A DNA stretch of 64,000 nt from Podarcis vaucheri (lineage: Eukaryota), in NCBI GenBank assembly GCA_965113315.1, contig OZ220364.1; one strand, 5' to 3'. The notes beneath the pieces were generated by a model that was not told the origin of the DNA, searched no databases, and saw only the letters and a program-made list of their open reading frames with translations. The position numbers and the translations under genes are program-made. This document shows positions 36,202 to 48,844 of this stretch, one piece after another. Within the stretch, counting starts at the first letter, position 1; every line of letters begins with the position of its first letter.

Positions 36202-36790
36202 TAGAGTGTTTTTCGACTCCACCTTGCCCTGTGCTGATCAGCCAGAGCTCAGCCAGTTTGATAAACAGATTGCACCAGGAACCATGTCTATAAAAGGGCC
36301 ACACGTTTTAAAAAGAAGTTTCTAGCTCTCCTGGATGGAAGGTTATGAAGCAAAACATGCATGTACAAAGGTGTGTAGGTATCTTAATTTGGGGGAAAAG
36401 AAACTATCAACTACCTATCACCCAAAGGGACTTCACACCCCACCGCTTGCATTAAGACTTAGGACAGGTAAGTATTTTCATATGTGCATGCCAACTGATA
36501 ATGGGGAGGTGGAGGTGTGCCCTGGAACAGCCCATGTGACCTGAAAAGCACCACCCACTTTTCATGCACCTCCCACTCTAAACGTTGCCATGGGCTATGG
36601 AATTGCACAATGAATACAGTCCAATATTCATTGGCATGTAGAAACAGAGCAGCAATTCCACTCTCAACAAAAACAACACTGCAATGCCGAGGCAGGGGGG
36701 AGAAGGGGAGGGAAGGGTTCCAACGTGGTTGGGCCCATTATGTTGAACCTGATACCGCATCATGCAGCAGAGCTGAGAAGCAAAGGATAC

Positions 36791-36900
36791 CCTTTATCTC
36801 CGCTTGGAGAAGCTTGGTGGACTCACACTGGCTGCATATTGGCTTTTCTGCTACAACAAACAGAAGGTTGGTGCGAGCAAGCCTTTGTGCATGGAATAGC
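36791..36900 (-). CDS. CACNA2D2: CACNA2D2 exon
   Basis: (R)[36 protein letters not shown]; phase-1 U12 donor. Confidence 0.95.
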
Positions 36901-38099
36901 CTAGGGAAGAAAAAGAAAAGGGCGTGGGGAAAGGAGGAAGTGCTGCTATCATGCTGATTTAGTACTATTTCTATTTACTGCAGATTATTACAACAATTCA
37001 GCTCATAAAATAAAGGTTAAAGTTACATTTGGCCTTATGGCAAAACTACACATGCCCAAATACAAAATATATGCAAACTGCATCAGATAATGTATGTGTG
37101 TGCAATTTGCCACTTTTTACCTTTCTAAATGCATGCAACTGGCAGTGGAAGAAGGATCAGGCCCCACTCTTGTGTATTTGGAAGGAAAACATGACTAATA
37201 ATAAAGGAATACACAATTTACTTTTGGTCATGATTATGCTTGCTTCTTTATCTAGGCATTATCTATGATATGCATTTAGGTTCAAAATACAGCTTATTTT
37301 ATATGTGTTCTCATACATAAAGTGACTGCTTATTTTATTTAAACAATTAGTCACCACAGGGCAGGGGAGAGACCAAGACTGTAGGGAAAGGATTTAACTT
37401 TTTCCTCCCCCACTGCAGTCCTGATGAACAACCCCCAACCCTAGCTCCTATTTCCAGTTGCTGTCAGCCGGAGCTTCCCTCACAATGTAAACAACAGTTT
37501 TGGAATGGGGTGATTTTCATCAGAATGGTGGTTTGTGTGTATATGAGGGTAAAAACTCCTCACATTGGCCTGTCATGGTCCTGCCCTGTTTGCCCCCAAG
37601 CCTCCTGTGGCATCTACTTTTGCTTTTAAAATAATGCATTTGACACAATGTTTTGTTTGGTTTAATATTCTAATTGGCTTAGTATTCATTCTGTCTGCCT
37701 AGGGCAACCAGATAACTGGAATTCTTTGAGCAGGGCAGCTAGGAATCTGTCCACCTTCGCCAAACTTCCAACTCCTTGGATTTTATTTTTTTAGCGCCAT
37801 GATAGTTAAAACTGTATAAAAATGATATCAATCTGTAGTGTAGATACACCCACCCCGCAATTCAGACCAATATTGCCTGTTCCTGGAAAGCAATCTATCT
37901 GCATAATTCCACCAGGATCTCTTGTATCTTAGCCAAATACCACTCACTGCCCTTACTAGTTTCTATACTGCTAATTCTGGTAATCAATTTTAACTCTACT
38001 TTAAAAGAGACCTGAGCCAGAAGAGATTACCACCTTCTAGGGACCAACAGTTTTGATCAGCTAGTATGAATGTTTATAGCAGGGACATCTCCCACTGAC

Positions 38100-38223
38100 C
38101 TGGAGCAATTTCCACAGTCAATGATGGTGTTGTAGGTGTAGTCAACTGTGCTAAAATAGTATTGGGTCTGCTTCATGATGCAGCTGGTCTCCTTGGATTC
38201 CATGCTGTCAGCTGCGACATCCT
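38100..38223 (-). CDS. CACNA2D2: CACNA2D2 exon
   Basis: (E)[40 protein letters not shown](R); AG/GT flanks. Confidence 0.95.
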
Positions 38224-38881
38224 CTGTTCGGACACACAATACATACAGTTGGAAATAATGGAAGTGGCAAACATTTATCCTTCCTGAATCATCTAAATTA
38301 GCTGTTCTCCTTTAATGTTGTGTCTAAGGGCTTTAACCACACATTATGTTAATTATAGGGCTTGCAGACATGTCAGCTGATTAAAAAAAATCCTAAATGC
38401 AGTTCCCACCAATTTCCATGGGAATAGCAGCACCTGGGGAGGGGTTTTTTTAACCTGTGTGTAAATTATAGGTATGGCACCTGCGCAGTGGTGGCTGGTG
38501 ACATTTTGACTTGGTAGGGCTACAGTCTGACCTTGCTGTTTTTATCACAATAGGAATTGCACAGCACTTATTTAGAAAAGTGTGCCATTACACGTGGGCA
38601 GAATGCCATTGTCTCCTCCTTTCTAAAAACGCACAAATCAATTATTCTCTGCACATCTATGGACAGGGAAAAAGCTCCCATGTAACAGGACCCAAGTATG
38701 GTTTTCAGAGAAGATCAACTCCATTACCTCTTATTTAGAAATTAAGCCATATCACATGACCCAAGTTTTTGCATTCATGTAATGTTTACACCTACACACC
38801 TGTTGCAACCCCCCCAATCACACAAAAACGTTTTAAATGTGAGGAAAACGTGCTTCCAGATGCATGCAGTAGGGCGCTTAC

Positions 38882-38937
38882 CTGTTTGAAACCAGCTATT
38901 GTAGGTTAGTCCATACAAGAATTGCTGAAACAGAGAC
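38882..38937 (-). CDS. CACNA2D2: CACNA2D2 exon
   Basis: (W)SLFQQFLYGLTYNSWFQT; AG/GT flanks. Confidence 0.94.
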
Positions 38938-40063
38938 CTTATAGAAGAAAACAGCAGAGCTATTAGGTGAAGAAAACAATGCAGGTCACCAACCCAAATA
39001 AGTTCCTTGGCTTATGGGACCAAAAAGATAAAGTCTCACTTTTCTAGGCCAAACGGGTAGAAAGAAGCAAGGAGCCTCAAGATCACTAGTTCTCAGACTT
39101 TTTTGTGGGCTACTTAAAAATTGTTGGGAGTCTCGGTGGATCACTTAGCAAACTTTCTTGTTTTTGTTCACCATAGTGTTGCCTTTTTAATGGTTTTCAG
39201 TCTTTTAATTAAAAAACAAGGCTTATAATTGCAATTTTAAAAGACTTCCCTTTCTAATGTGATGAATGCGAGCTCTGAAGTTTGGTGTCATGTTTGTCAG
39301 TTTACAAAAGGGGTGCAACTGGGTGGAGGCAGGGCTGGACATAAATATAGTTGCAATTTTGTTTAGGGTGCTTCTTTTTCATCAACAGCTACTAATTGAT
39401 ATTTACATTATGTACTGTATAGAAGCAGACACAGCTTTCCTTCCATGGTTAATTCCAAGCAATGACACCCTTACAAGCACACAGTTGACTCTCTATGTCA
39501 AATAAAGCTACAGGTGTAGGTTAGCTGAGTTGCATCTCATGAAACCCATGCATACACAGCTCATGAAACCATGTTACCCTAGCATGGTAGGGTGGTATGA
39601 ATTTGGGAGGAAAACACAAGCATTTCACTCCTGGAGTAAACATGAAGAAAAACAAAACATCACGGTGAAAATCTACACCATATAATCAAAATAATGGGCC
39701 CTAGCTGCTGAAAATGGCTCATTTATCCGGTAGGTAAAAAGTCAAATAATGGAAATTATGTTCGATAATCAAGCTCAGGCTAAGATGGCAGCAATTTCTG
39801 TCATGGGGAAAAACAAATCAAAGTACAGTGGGAAAGTACAGATATTTGTAATAGTTCTGCAACCATTCTACAGACCACCTAAATGGGTTTTGCCTTAGAT
39901 CTTTGCAGAACTTGTTGAAATGTTGACAACCCTAGAACTATTCTACCAGATACTTCTTGATGTGTGTTCTCTCACTGTTATGTGCAGTGCAGAGTGGCCC
40001 AATGTGTGACATTCCTGTCCTGCTGTAAGAGCTTATTCAGTAGAGGGCAAAAGAAAGGCTTAC

Positions 40064-40116
40064 CATGCAGCTGCTGAGGTCCACCAGGCCAGGTTCAGGA
40101 AATCTGCCATTGTTGG
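40064..40116 (-). CDS. CACNA2D2: CACNA2D2 exon
   Basis: PTMADFLNLAWWTSAAA(W); AG/GT flanks. Confidence 0.95.
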
Positions 40117-40933
40117 CTGGACATAAAGGGATAAGTGAAATGTGGTTGTTAACAGGAAAATACCACTGTTAGCTCGAGCTCAATGTGCTGTAGCAGCTTT
40201 TCACATGCTAAGGATTAAACATGAAGCCCAGAGGCAGGATTTTGTAATGTTTTGAAAAACCCAACCTTTTGACCACATTTATCTGCATCTAATGGTGCTT
40301 TGCCACTGATAGAGAATACACAAATAATTCTACAGAGGGACCCATTGGTTCATGATGCAGAGAAGACAAGGTTCACAAAGAGCCAGAGCAGCCCTACTCA
40401 TGAGCACAGCAAGCACACCCAGGCATGCAAACATTGTGATTAGATGGCCTTGCCTGGCAACACTTTTCTCATAATACAATTTTTGAGATAACTAGCACTG
40501 ATTTTACTAGTACTAGACAAAGATCAGGGGCTTGGAAACATCTCAGTGACTCATTGTGGTTAGTAAACTATCAGACCTCTCTTGTGGCCCATAAATAGAA
40601 TAAAATGAAAAGACTTTACAAGAAGAAATGGTGACGAATTACCAATTTAAAACAACTCCATCTGCACTCTGATGCAACTGTACAAAACGTATGGGAAAAA
40701 GAAGGGCAAAGTGTTGCTAGATAGCAGGTAGACATTGTTTGGATTATCCACGCTCTGCATCACTGACAGATCAAGGCCAGTTCTTACCTTTGAGCCACCG
40801 TGTGGGAAGTTGCTTGAAAGGCCACTTGATGTGATGGCTCTAATATGCCAAAGCTACTCACTCTCCAGTTCACCCACCAGGTGTGGAGAATATTCAAGCC
40901 ACCACCAATTACAATGTAGGCTACAATTTTTGT

Positions 40934-40968
40934 ACACACACACACACACACACACACATACACACATA
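40934..40968. repeat. (CA)n microsatellite
   Basis: Direct read. Confidence 0.9.
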
Positions 40969-41293
40969 TAAACCTCCCAGATTTCAGCCCTATTTTGTTT
41001 CCTTAGCAGTGGCCTACAAAATCTCTTTGGAATTCCTGGTATCAGCCATATTTCAGTACTCACACAAAATTCTTGTTTATACACCAATGTATCACAAACA
41101 GTAATGTTAACCTAATTTAAAAATTCAACAATCCTCATCCTTCCTAAACACTGCATTGATACAGCTGACAATTCTTCTCTTTGCCTTAAGTATACTGTGG
41201 TTACATAATTCCACCTGTAAAGCAAATCCCCACTTGTATGCACAATGCTGAAACCTTCAGGTAAGTCTTCACGGCATGGGAGCCCCCACTCAC

Positions 41294-41446
41294 CACGTAC
41301 ACCCCACGTGGAGCGCCTCCCGTATTGCTCGGAGGTTCTGGAGCGCAGACAGACTGGAAGTCGTAGGATTCTTTCCGTGTGAAGAACGAGTTGTTGTAGA
41401 GAGCAGACATCAAGTGAGCGTCGACCTCACTGAAGAACTTCCCTAC
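41294..41446 (-). CDS. CACNA2D2: CACNA2D2 exon
   Basis: [51 protein letters not shown]; AG/GT flanks. Confidence 0.96.
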
Positions 41447-42552
41447 CTGGAAAAGGGAAAAAAGGATGAAATAATTCGTTTAAGCTGTATTCAGCTGATT
41501 ATGCATTTTCCAACCTTGGCTGCTTCCAGACAGGGACCTTTAATTGCAGATGGGTAATGATCAGATTTTTCTGTGTGCAAATTTGGTGCTTCAGCTTCCA
41601 TGCATTCCTCCCCGCCCCCCATCACTATATTTATTAGTATTGCTCTCCAAACCAGTGGGCAGAGCTTGATGGAATGCATCTCAGCCGTGTGGTTTTTTGT
41701 CCTTCCTCTTAATCATTCCTCCCTCACCTCCACTGTCTTTCCCACCGTGTATCTCTATATGTGTATGTGTTTATACCAAGTCACCATGCTTAACAATGGG
41801 AGAAATGGAAATTTATGCTTTCCTTGGGAAGGACAATGCCTACTTCTATTTGGTTTTCTTTCTTTTATTTTTTAAATAGAGGTAGAACATAGCCATTGTG
41901 GCTATTAGCCATTGAAATCTTGATTAAATGTAAAAAAAGTATTGGCTGGCATTTCGATAATGTGTATGGCATTGGTTGGGTGCTGCAAAAATACTTGTCA
42001 GCATTAGCAGTAATGCTACCAGTCCAATAGAAATGGGAGCAATGTATAAACTCTGCTAAACATGTAGGAAGCTTCTGAACATACATGTTGGCAACTGGGG
42101 TCCTCCATGTGTCAATTGTCTGATATCATAATGATGTTAGAGGACCCAAAGTAATTCCTCCCCTTTGTGGGTTTGCTTTGAACCACTTGCATTCAAGCTA
42201 GTGATACAAAGGAATAGGAGCTGATCAGTGCTTATAGCAAATCCCAGGGATTGGCTGCCCTATGGTACCCCCAGCAAGGAATTCTGAAGTGCAACTGATT
42301 TCAGTGGGCTTGTTAGCAAGCATTCCTTTACCTAGCGGCTGGCGCTGACAACAAGCCTTGCTTGCCAAACTCTACATTGTTCATATATGCATTTCTATCT
42401 GCCCCACACCTTACGTTGCATATGACATTGGGTGTGTGACAAGTAGGTGTGATTTGGGGGAAACGATGAGCTAAATTGTTACCCTTGTTGGGCCTAATTT
42501 GGCCTGTGGACTGGAGGTTCTCTACCCCTGCTATAGAAAAAGCACAGCTTAC

Positions 42553-42624
42553 CTGGAACCAGTAATCCTCCTGGTTGGAAAGTACCAGAAAACCCCCATC
42601 ATCGATGAGAACACAAAGGAGGTC
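42553..42624 (-). CDS. CACNA2D2: CACNA2D2 exon
   Basis: [24 protein letters not shown]; AG/GT flanks. Confidence 0.96.
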
Positions 42625-43133
42625 CTGAAAGATTGAACAATACTTTGTGTTTTGCAGTGGCTTCTAAATTCTGGTTTAGACATTAGTCTACATGCCTGAT
42701 TGTCTCTATAATGAGCAAAGGCAACCATAAATGAGCATTCCTTGTCATTCTATAAACATTTATGGTGCTCACATGTGTTTAAGGATCAGGGTAGTCTAAG
42801 AGCAAGGGAATAAAGGTGGTGGAAACAAAGCTTGGTATGTGTATGTGTATACACACACACATGCACAGAGCTCCCTATTTTGCCACCCGAGGCAAGATCT
42901 TGTCAAACTGATGCCATTGATGGCACGATTTATCCAGTGGAGGTGGTGCCCATGAGGGTGTTGACTCTTTGGCTTATGCCACCCAAGGCGACTGCTTCAC
43001 CCCACATCAGGATTTCTGACAGTTTTCTGGTTTAGGAAGCAGCTAAGGATACACTACAATAAGCATTAAGAGTCGCTATGTAACAATCAGCAAAAAGGCC
43101 CAGTTATTTTCCATCTGTTTCCTCCATGTTTAC

Positions 43134-43181
43134 CTTGTAATTAGCCTCACAGTCCATCTCGCAGCCTGTGGAGGGGTCACA
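43134..43181 (-). CDS. CACNA2D2: CACNA2D2 exon
   Basis: CDPSTGCEMDCEANYK; AG/GT flanks. Confidence 0.93.
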
Positions 43182-43772
43182 CTGGAAATGAAAGAAGAAA
43201 GGTAGTGACACCAAGAGAATTTGAAACACATCTCAAAACTGAATTACTTAAATCCGACATCCACACCCTTCCTAATCACAAGAGGAACAGGTTCTACAGT
43301 CAGAAGGGAATTGTGAGGAAATGAGAATAGAAACAGCCTTGGCAACATTTATCTATACTCTGGTAATGTTTAGATTGCTGCAGTGTGCTGTACGTGGGGA
43401 ATTATGATGACTGTCCAGTCGGAGTAAAATGGAGTGTAATAATCGATCTCACAGATCTGCTTCTGTCCATCCAAGGTTAAACACAGGGCAGGGGAGGAGG
43501 GCGGGGAAGAAGGGTGCCAGACCAGTTTTGCAGGATTGTAGCCAGTCCTGCTAAGAACAGTAATAACAGCGCATGGATTGTTCACGTCGAGATCCATAGT
43601 GGGAGAAAATGTAACTAGTTAAAAAGTCGTCTTAAAAGTGGTTTAAAAATCGTTCTAAGGAATAGAAGTGAAATGTGCCAGCAAGAAGCAGCAGCAGCAG
43701 AAAAAAAACTAACATGGACTGGCAATGGGATTCACTGCTTGGACTATACTTTGGTGGTCTTCACTTGTTTTC

Positions 43773-46551
43773 TTTTTTTCTTTTTGCAAATTAAATTTTT
43801 ATTGATTTTCAGTACACGTACATACATTCATAAATTACACATATATAGGTTACATATTTAACTTAGGCTCTATCATGCCTCTGACTTCCCTCCATTTCTT
43901 TGGTAAGTATCAAATAAAGTTCTAATATCACGTACTCTATATATCTTATTATCAACTACACGCTGTAAGAGTTATTCCAACCCTACCAGTGTCTTCAAAG
44001 ATTTACAATTGTTTCTTATATACATCAAATATTTACTCCAATTTTCTTGAAACTTCTGCTCGTCCTGATCTCTTAATTTTCCTGATAGTCTGGCCAGTTC
44101 TGTGTAGTCCATCATTTTAACCTGCCAGTCCATTATATTCGGTATTATGTCTGTTTTCCAATTCTGAGCTAACATATTTCTGGCTGCTGTCGTGGCATAT
44201 AAAAAGAGGTTTTTATCTTTTTTTCCAATTTCCTTTCCAATCAATCGCAGTAGAAAAGCTTCAGGTCTTTTTGGGAAAGTATATTTAAATTTTTTTTAAG
44301 TTTGTTATAGATTAGTTTCCAAAAGCTCTTCACTTTACTACAAATCCACCACATATGGTAGAGGTCATCCTCTACTTCTCCACACTTCCAACATTTCTTA
44401 TTTTTTGTTCTATACATCCTTGCTAGCTTTACCGGCGTTAGATGCCATCTGTAGATCATTCTCCTTTAAAGCAGTACAAGCCGTAAATTTCATGTTTATA
44501 TTCTATAGTTCTTGCCACGCATCAAAATCGATATTATGGCCGAAATCAATAGCCCATTTAACCATAGCTTCCTTTATCTCTTCGTCTTTCGTATACCAAT
44601 CCAATAATAAAGCGTATATTTTTGATAATAATTTATTTTTACCTTCTAGAATATCAATATTGAATTTAGATTTCTTATCCTCGAATCCCTTTTTCCTTTT
44701 ATCTTCTTTTAGTAGAGCATTAACTTAGTGATACTGTAACCACCCTGTAAATAAATTCTCTACCTCCTCATACGGTTTGAGTTTTATATCGTGATCTGTC
44801 TTTTTGATTAGTTCTTCATAAGTAGCTTTTCCCCCTTCCATATTGACTTTTTTGATAGTTAAAACTTCTATTGGTGAAATCCACCAAGGGGTTTTCCTTT
44901 CCAATAGGTCTTTATTTCTCTCCCAAACTTGAAATATTGATCCTCTGATTATATGGTTTAGAAAACCCCTGTGAACTTTCACCTTCTCATACCATAGGTA
45001 CGAGTGCCACCCGTACCTATTATCAAAACCTCCTAAGTCTAAGAGATCGGTGTTTTCTAATTTTATCCAGTCTTTCACCCATGTTAAACATGCCACTTCG
45101 TAGTATAGACTCAGTTCTGGCAGAGAAAAGCCTCCTCTTTCTTTTTTATCCACCAAGATTTTCATTTTTATTCTCGGTTTTTTCCCCTGCCAGACGAATC
45201 TTACTAATGTTTTTTGCTATTCTTTAAGTTGTTTTAGCCCTTTAATTACTGGAATAGTTTGGAATAGAAATAACATTCTGGGCAAAACATTCATTTTAAT
45301 TATGGATATTCTCCCCAAGAATGACAACTTTAATCTATCCCATATTTCTAGGTCCTTTTTAATACCCCTCTATGTTGCCTCATAATTGCCTTTGTATAAG
45401 TTTATATTTTTTGTTGTAATCCATACTCCTAAGTATTTAACTTTCTTAACTGCTGTAATTCCAGATCTTTGTTGTAGTTCCTCTATCTCTCCCTTGGTCA
45501 TGTTCTTTGTCAGCATTTTGGTCTTATTCTTGTTAAGTTTGAGTCCCGCTACCTTGCTGAATTCTTCTAGTCTCTGTAAGGCTTCTTGTAAACTCTTTGG
45601 CTCTTCTAATGTTAACACTAGATCATCCGCGAATGCTTTAATTTTGTACTCTTTACTTCCTACCTTGACCCCTTTAACTTCTGATGTTTCTCTTAGCCTC
45701 TTGTTAAAAACCTCTAATACTGTTATGAATAACAGGGGAGACAGGGGGCAACCCTGTCTAGTCCCTTTAGCGATATCAAAAGGTTCCGATATATTGCTAT
45801 TTATGATGAGTTTGGCTTTTTGATCTTGATATATGGCTTCAATTCCTTTTCCAAACCCTTCTCCAACTCCCATTGCTTTTAGATTTTCTTTCATAAATCT
45901 CCAGGAGATGTTATCGAATGCTTTTTCGGCATCAATAAATATCAATGCCGCTTGCTTGTCTATCCTGTTCTCTAAATATTCAGTAATGTCTATGACATTT
46001 CTTACATTATCTTTCAGTTGTCTTCCCGGAAGAAAGCCTGCTTGATCTTTGTGAATTTTCCCATTTAAAAGTCTTTTTAATCTTTCCGCCAATACATCAG
46101 CAAATATTTTGTAGTCGTTATTTAACAAGGAGATGGGTCTGTAGTTTTTAACTTCTTAAGCCATCTGCATCTTTTTTTGGGATCAAGGTAATGTAAGCTT
46201 CCTTCCACGTGGCTGGGATTTTTCCTTCTTTTAAGATGTTATTCATGACCTCGCATAACACTGGAACTATTTGGTCACATAATGTTTTATAATATTTAGA
46301 TGAAATGCCATCTGGCCCCGGAGCCTTTCCCATTTTCATTTTTTTTATTGTTTTCCGAATTTCTTGTTCTGTAATTGTCTGATTTAATTGCTCTCTTTCA
46401 TCTTCCGTAATCTGTTGCAATTGGTATTTTTCCAAATATTCTTCTATTCTATTACCTGTCTCTTTCTCTTTTCTATATAATTCTTTATAATATTTCTGAA
46501 AAATCTTTCTTATCTCTTTGGGGTCTTCCACTATCTTTTCTCCATCCCTTA
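43773..46551 (-). mobile_element. 5'-truncated, inactivated L1-clade LINE (ORF2 RT and C-terminal Cys-rich region)
   Basis: KAPGPDG, NYRPISLLNNDYK, DAEKAFD, GTRQGCPLSPLLF, FADD, KYLG and CWKC..HMWWIC motifs; AATAAA at 43798-43803 and an A-tail; 18-bp TSD TGGTCTTCACTTGTTTTC at 43755-43772 and 46552-46569. Confidence 0.96.
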
Positions 46552-46953
46552 TGGTCTTCACTTGTTTTCAGGCACAATTCAGTGTGCTGTCTTGTCTTTG
46601 TCCTACAAAGCTCTAAATGACTTTAGGTCAGTAGATCTAATAGACCGCCGTTTCTCATATGAACCTTACTGTTCTTTAACTTCCTCTGAGACCCCAGTTT
46701 TGGGAGCCTCACCTTTTAGAAACTAGGTTGGTAGTTACCAGAAATGTCTTTGTTTTATTGGTGGGCCCTTCTTTATGGAATATCTTTTCCAGATATATTA
46801 AAGTGTCTCTAATTTTAGCATCTTAATGTTTTAAGCATGCAGGATCCTCAAAGTGAACTGGAGGGGCAAAGAAGTGTTATGAAGTAGGATGATAAACCAC
46901 TTCTTTCAGGAACAGTAAGATAAATACATAGATATAGATATATAACCTCTGGG

Positions 46954-47128
46954 CAGTGCTTTTTTCTAGGGGGATGCAGGGGAATGCATACCCCTAAATA
47001 TTTTGTGAATCTTTGTTCTTTTGTCCATTAACTGTATTTATTTTTCCTGATTTGAACTATAAAATGGTGATTTTCTTGAGTCAAAATGAGAGTACCCCAA
47101 AACATTTTTTAAAAGAAAAAAAGCACTG
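46954..47128. mobile_element. hAT MITE
   Basis: TIR CAGTGCTTTTTT / AAAAAAGCACTG; imperfect 8-bp TSD CCTCTGGG / CCCCTTGG; related fragment at about 51390-51470. Confidence 0.7.
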
Positions 47129-47206
47129 CCCCTTGGGGTTCATTCACTGTTGCCAGAGGGAACCTGGCATGTCAGTGGCGAGGGTGACTGCTCTGCTGCT
47201 GTGTTA

Positions 47207-47446
<240 letters not shown>

Positions 47447-47982
47447 TTAGAAAAATGTTGTCTTCTTTTTTTTGTCTAAACACCTGGGCTGCATAGACAC
47501 CACACATTTAAAGTTCATGGCTCCCCCTAAAGAACCATAGGAACCGTAGTTTACCTGGACAGAGCTACAGTTCCCAGGATTATTTGGCGGAAGTCATGTG
47601 CTTTAAATGAATGGTGTGCGTCTAACTCAGTTGTTCTGTTGTTTCTTATTAAGTACTGCATTTTTCCTAAAACCAGCTTCATTCAGAACTGAGAAACAAA
47701 AACTACTTAGCTGCTAACGTGTACAAAGCAACTGTGACAGCATGAAGGATTACACAAAGGCCACATGAGCCTTCAGCCCAGTGGAGGGGTTTGTCAACCC
47801 AATAGCCCAAAGAAATCCAAGTGTTTTTGCAGCCTGACTGAAGACTATGAGCTGGTATTTATGTAGACTGCTAGAGAGGCTGTGGAAGGCTTCACAGCTG
47901 CAACTGATGTAGACCAGAAGGCCTGAAGACAGGAGAGACATTTCAGAGACAAAGATACAGGCAAACGCCCCGTCATTCTTAC

Positions 47983-48081
47983 CTGCTGGTTTCAGGTGCC
48001 TCTCACCAAAGTTGAGCTCAACTGCTGTGCTGACAAGGATCCCAACTGTGTTGTTTTCCAGTTCCAGCCCTCGGTAGTTGA
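47983..48081 (-). CDS. CACNA2D2: CACNA2D2 exon
   Basis: (F)NYRGLELENNTVGILVSTAVELNFGERHLKPA; AG/GT flanks. Confidence 0.94.
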
Positions 48082-48740
48082 CTATAGGGGGAAGAAGAAG
48101 AAAAAGGACCTGCCAGTCTGTGGATGGCACAGGCAGCATAACTGCTGCAAAGCACTCTGGCTTGGGTGGCAATGCTTTATGGTTCCATGCAGGGCTGACT
48201 TCCTGCCAGTGCCCTCTCCCTGCTTCCTTGTGGTGACAAAATGAAAGGCTGTCCCTTACTTTTTTGTTTTATTAACATTCTAATTAGTAATCTATGACGA
48301 GAACACTTTTATGCTTAAGCAATTACCCACAGCATATAATATGAAATGGTAGCCACAGCATATGCAGCAAGCAGTGAACCGCTTTATTACATTATCCCTT
48401 GTCCTCAGTGGAGTTTGTGAATGCAAAGTGGCAGGTCCCTTATGGTGCAAGAAACCTCAGCTCAGAAGCTATAAATTACGGACTTGGAGGCATGATGGGG
48501 TTCTTTGCCTGTCACTTATTACAGAGCTTCAGGAACCGTGGCTTGATCAAGACTATGTAAATACTACATATTACTATCACTGTCCTTGTAGTAAGCCTTT
48601 AAGCAGAATTTATTGCCTCACACCCTGCAGCCAGATGTCCGGTGCCAATTCCTGTAGTTCCATGCTTATAAAGGCTATCAAAGCTGAGGGCAGGGCAAAC
48701 CAGTCCCACCCACTTGGAGCACTGTGTAGGGCATACTTAC

Positions 48741-48844
48741 AATCCCTGTAAGGGGTCTTAAAGATGTGGCCTTTGTTATCCAGGCTTCTCCGATAGAAAC
48801 TGGCGTTGAAGGGCTCCCGGTCTTCTTCCCAGTCTTCAGCAGCT
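48741..48844 (-). CDS. CACNA2D2: CACNA2D2 exon
   Basis: (K)[34 protein letters not shown]; AG/GT flanks. Confidence 0.95.

Larger units (their letters stand above)
34182..36790 (-). other. CACNA2D2: U12-type (minor spliceosome) GT-AG intron
   Basis: 5'ss GTATCCTTTG; branch site TTTCTTTGAC (34191-34200) about 10 nt from an AAG 3'ss with no intervening pyrimidine tract. Confidence 0.88.

Noticed and set aside
45386-46045. + strand ORFs over the L1
   Set aside because: They are antisense shadows of the RT frame.
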